Positions 61,755 through 64,000 of a stretch of 64,000 bases of DNA are shown here, one piece after another. The first letter of the stretch is position 1. Every line of letters starts with the position of its first letter. This stretch comes from an uncultured Gammaproteobacteria bacterium (GTDB lineage Bacteria; Patescibacteriota; Microgenomatia; Levybacterales; UBA12049): contig OZ246394.1 of the NCBI GenBank assembly GCA_965230895.1, forward strand, positions 1,377,887 through 1,441,886, written 5' to 3'. The position numbers were made by a program, and so were the translations under genes. The notes beneath the pieces were generated by a model that worked only from the letters and a program-made list of their open reading frames with translations, did no database searches and was not told the origin of the DNA.

Positions 61755-62777
61755 TTACCTTAACTTCTTCTTTACTCTTTTATAAATGAGTATTGCCAAA
61801 GCTATTATGAATATAAGTCCGAGTAGCAAGTGGGTTGGAAAAACCATAAATCGGATAGTTTGTGAGTTTATTGGCCCATCCTCAGACATAGCTAAATTAA
61901 TTTGGGCACTATAAATCCCGAAAAGGAAATTCTCTTTCCATTCAACCTTAGGTTCGGTTGTCTCCTGGATTGTCCTTGCAATCTGAGTTTCATCAAATAG
62001 TGAACGGGAGGTGCCAGCTAATATCGGAGTTTCGGGAATATCTACTCGACCGACTGCTTGGCCAAAGATATTCTTTATAAGAATATTACCTTTAGGTGCG
62101 ATATAGTGTATGCCTGTGTTTTTAACCTTTATTGCAAATGGTACCGGGCCAGATTGTTTGTACCAAGGAGTAGAGAAATCTTCAATATAGCCTTGGGCTG
62201 TTTCCTGGTTTCCAACTGCAAGTAGAACATTTGCCCCGAGACCTCCTTGAATTGTTGTAATAGTGTGTTGATCTTTTTTGTCACTTATTGTGCTGTTTTG
62301 ATCTGTTTGCTGTGTGACATCATGGAAGAAAATGAGCGAAAAGTAATAGTCTCTAGAAGCTTGATTTTGAGGTAATTGCACTCGAAGCTGTAATTGTTTT
62401 TGCTGCTTAGGCCCTAAATCAAGGCTATTTACGCGTGCATTGTCTGTATCTACAACATATACATAGTTGAAGATGTCATTCGCTGAACCTGGGTTGTCTA
62501 TATATGACACTTTCCCTTCTTGAGATAAAGTAGGATCAAAAAGTTTATAAGCAAGTTTCAATCTGATGGATTGGTCGCTTTGATTCTCAATAATAAAAGG
62601 TGCTCGAAGATCAGAAGGTGTTTGAGCCTTAATCTTGATTGTTGAAGGAGTTATTTTAAGAGCAAGTCCCTCAGCATATGCTTTTGTAGGTAAAAATGAG
62701 CTCGCAAGTATTGAAAATGTCGCGACTCCAAGAAATAATCTCGACTTGAATGATGTAGTACGTTGTGCTTTGATCAT
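61755..62777 (-). CDS. cassette A3: third paralogue (signal peptide, C-terminal TM anchor, tail YKRVKKKLR)
   Basis: Same architecture as A1 and A2. Start abuts the B3 stop (TAA-T-ATG). Confidence 0.5.
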   Translation of the reverse strand: MIKAQRTTSFKSRLFLGVATFSILASSFLPTKAYAEGLALKITPSTIKIKAQTPSDLRAPFIIENQSDQSIRLKLAYKLFDPTLSQEGKVSYIDNPGSANDIFNYVYVVDTDNARVNSLDLGPKQQKQLQLRVQLPQNQASRDYYFSLIFFHDVTQQTDQNSTISDKKDQHTITTIQGGLGANVLLAVGNQETAQGYIEDFSTPWYKQSGPVPFAIKVKNTGIHYIAPKGNILIKNIFGQAVGRVDIPETPILAGTSRSLFDETQIARTIQETTEPKVEWKENFLFGIYSAQINLAMSEDGPINSQTIRFMVFPTHLLLGLIFIIALAILIYKRVKKKLR

Positions 62778-62778
62778 A

Positions 62779-63540
62779 TTAAAAGTTGGGAATAGCTATA
62801 AAGGTCACCGTATTACTATAGCCGCTAGGAGGTTGCGTGCCTGAAATATTTACTTTATAGGTGATCTTGGTGTTGGTTGTGGGTTTAGCTTGTTGGTTCA
62901 GTATAATTGACTGTAAAGTTTCCTTAGCGGAGATGTCTGCAAACTGCTTGAACGTATTGGTATTAGAAAAATCATTGCCGCAAACTTCTGTAGCCTCGCT
63001 ATCGCATCGAAATCCGAAGCCATATGTTAGAGAATTCTCCCAGTTTGCTGGAATTGTTTGGGTACACGTCCCGTTGTCGCAGGTAGTATCAGGCAGAAAA
63101 GTATTTTCTGTATTTAAAAATGGGTGATTCTCATAAGCAAAAATCTGACCTCCATAAAGAGGAGAAGTAAAGGCTAAATCAGAAGTTCTTATAACCGGAT
63201 TTGTGGCCGTAAGTGCCCCAAAGTCAATAGTATTTTGTGAGATAGAGAAGCTAAAATAGTCATTTGTGCCTGCAATAGTATATGTTGGTTTCGTATCTAG
63301 CACGACTTTTGGAATAGTAGGCACAAATGGTAATGGTTGGTTTGTTGGTTTTACAATTGGAGGTGGTTTTGTTACTTCCGGAGCTCCAGGGTCAATCTCT
63401 TCAAATTCAATTGAATAATCTCCACTTGAAGATACAGCTGCAAATGTTTGAGAAGAAAGTTGAAAAAAGAGAAGAGAACATACACCCGCGACAATAAATG
63501 GTTTAATCAAGTTCTTTGGTTGAAGATTGTGGGTTAACAT
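62779..63540 (-). CDS. cassette B3: third secreted B-type protein
   Basis: C-terminus ANWENSLTYGFGFRCDSEA...ITYKVNISGTQPPSGYSNTVTFIAIPNF aligns with the B1 and B2 C-terminal blocks. Confidence 0.5.
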   Translation of the reverse strand: MLTHNLQPKNLIKPFIVAGVCSLLFFQLSSQTFAAVSSSGDYSIEFEEIDPGAPEVTKPPPIVKPTNQPLPFVPTIPKVVLDTKPTYTIAGTNDYFSFSISQNTIDFGALTATNPVIRTSDLAFTSPLYGGQIFAYENHPFLNTENTFLPDTTCDNGTCTQTIPANWENSLTYGFGFRCDSEATEVCGNDFSNTNTFKQFADISAKETLQSIILNQQAKPTTNTKITYKVNISGTQPPSGYSNTVTFIAIPNF

Positions 63541-63690
63541 ACCTCAATCGTAATTCATTTATGGCGAAAAGACAATTAGTTTTGCTAAAGATAGGAATGG
63601 AAATGAGTGAGAAACTAATGATTTGTTATAGTAATTGATTGATCTAAGTTCTACTTTTCTGCTTGAAATATGTATGTTATACTCCAGGGT

Positions 63691-64000
63691 ATGAGTAAAA
63701 ATGAAGCTAAATCAGATGAATTAAAATATGCTCCTAAGGCGATTGAGTTGAAATGGCAGTCTAAATGGCAACAGGAGAAAGTCTATCAGCCACAACTTGA
63801 TTCTGCTAAGCTTCAAGATAGGCACAAATCAGCCTCAAAAGATAGAAATCGATTTGAAGGTGATTTAGCCTCAAAACGTCCGGTCAAAGGAACTCCTTTT
63901 TACGATCTAACCATGTTTCCATATCCTTCAGCCGAGGGCTTACATGTTGGTTTTAGTTTTACATCCGCTGGGATTGACTCATATGCACGATTTAAGAGGA
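63691..64000 (+). CDS. leuS: leucyl-tRNA synthetase, N-terminal fragment (runs off window)
   Basis: IELKWQSKWQ...FYDLTMFPYPSAEGLHVG matches the LeuRS N-terminus (HIGH-region variant). Open to the window edge. Confidence 0.6.
   Translation, partial: MSKNEAKSDELKYAPKAIELKWQSKWQQEKVYQPQLDSAKLQDRHKSASKDRNRFEGDLASKRPVKGTPFYDLTMFPYPSAEGLHVGFSFTSAGIDSYARFKR

Overview
This 64-kb window comes from an AT-rich bacterial genome (roughly 38-42% G+C by eye) with short intergenic spacers and many small proteins. The gene content is consistent with a Patescibacteria/CPR-like lineage, but that lineage call is inference only. Recognisable content: ATP-dependent DNA ligase, an endonuclease-Q-like PHP protein, an archaeal-type amino-acid-kinase (UMP-kinase-like) gene, a Fic protein, a split rRNA operon (tRNA-Ala, 23S, 5S with no 16S) and an intron-like insertion in the 23S peptidyl-transferase centre. 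About 40% of the window is housekeeping. That part holds TrmB-family regulator, recF, nnr, pth, acyP, DsbA-like, YdjC deacetylase, trxA/trxB, a GH13 phosphorylase, S1, radA, a YacL-like PIN/TRAM protein, a GT2 glycosyltransferase, rho, a LysM/M23 peptidase, a class-A beta-lactamase-like protein, a LytR_C protein, a zinc-ribbon protein, an O-antigen-ligase/TPR protein and a partial leuS.

The accessory part holds two things worth a second look. The first is a 1.2-kb module (about 28.2-29.3 kb) that is much G+C-richer than its surroundings and carries four translationally coupled small ORFs of unknown function. It is followed by a structured hairpin element and a HerA/VirB4-type ATPase (DUF87-like) with an unrecognised 300-aa N-terminal domain. 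The second is a large putative cell-surface system at 35.4-50.9 kb and 55.8-63.5 kb. It has three paralogous two-gene cassettes: a secreted Thr/Ser/Gly/Asn-rich protein coupled to a signal-peptide protein with a C-terminal TM anchor. This architecture resembles the Firmicutes WxL/DUF916 Csc clusters. It also has a 781-aa membrane protein with FN3 and carboxypeptidase-regulatory-like domains, and two giant proteins (2527 and 1433 aa) that share a distinctive N-terminal FQG(K/R)L...VPYA domain and a common C-terminal domain of about 80 aa. The 2527-aa protein carries five 60-aa LDxRG...GDLFTASKSG repeats. The 1433-aa protein has two tandem phage-integrase core-binding (SAM-like) domains at its cytoplasmic N-terminus. 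An HTH(excisionase-family)/PIN-like pair heads the long minus-strand surface operon and sits divergent from the 2527-aa gene. No CRISPR array, integrase or IS element was seen.
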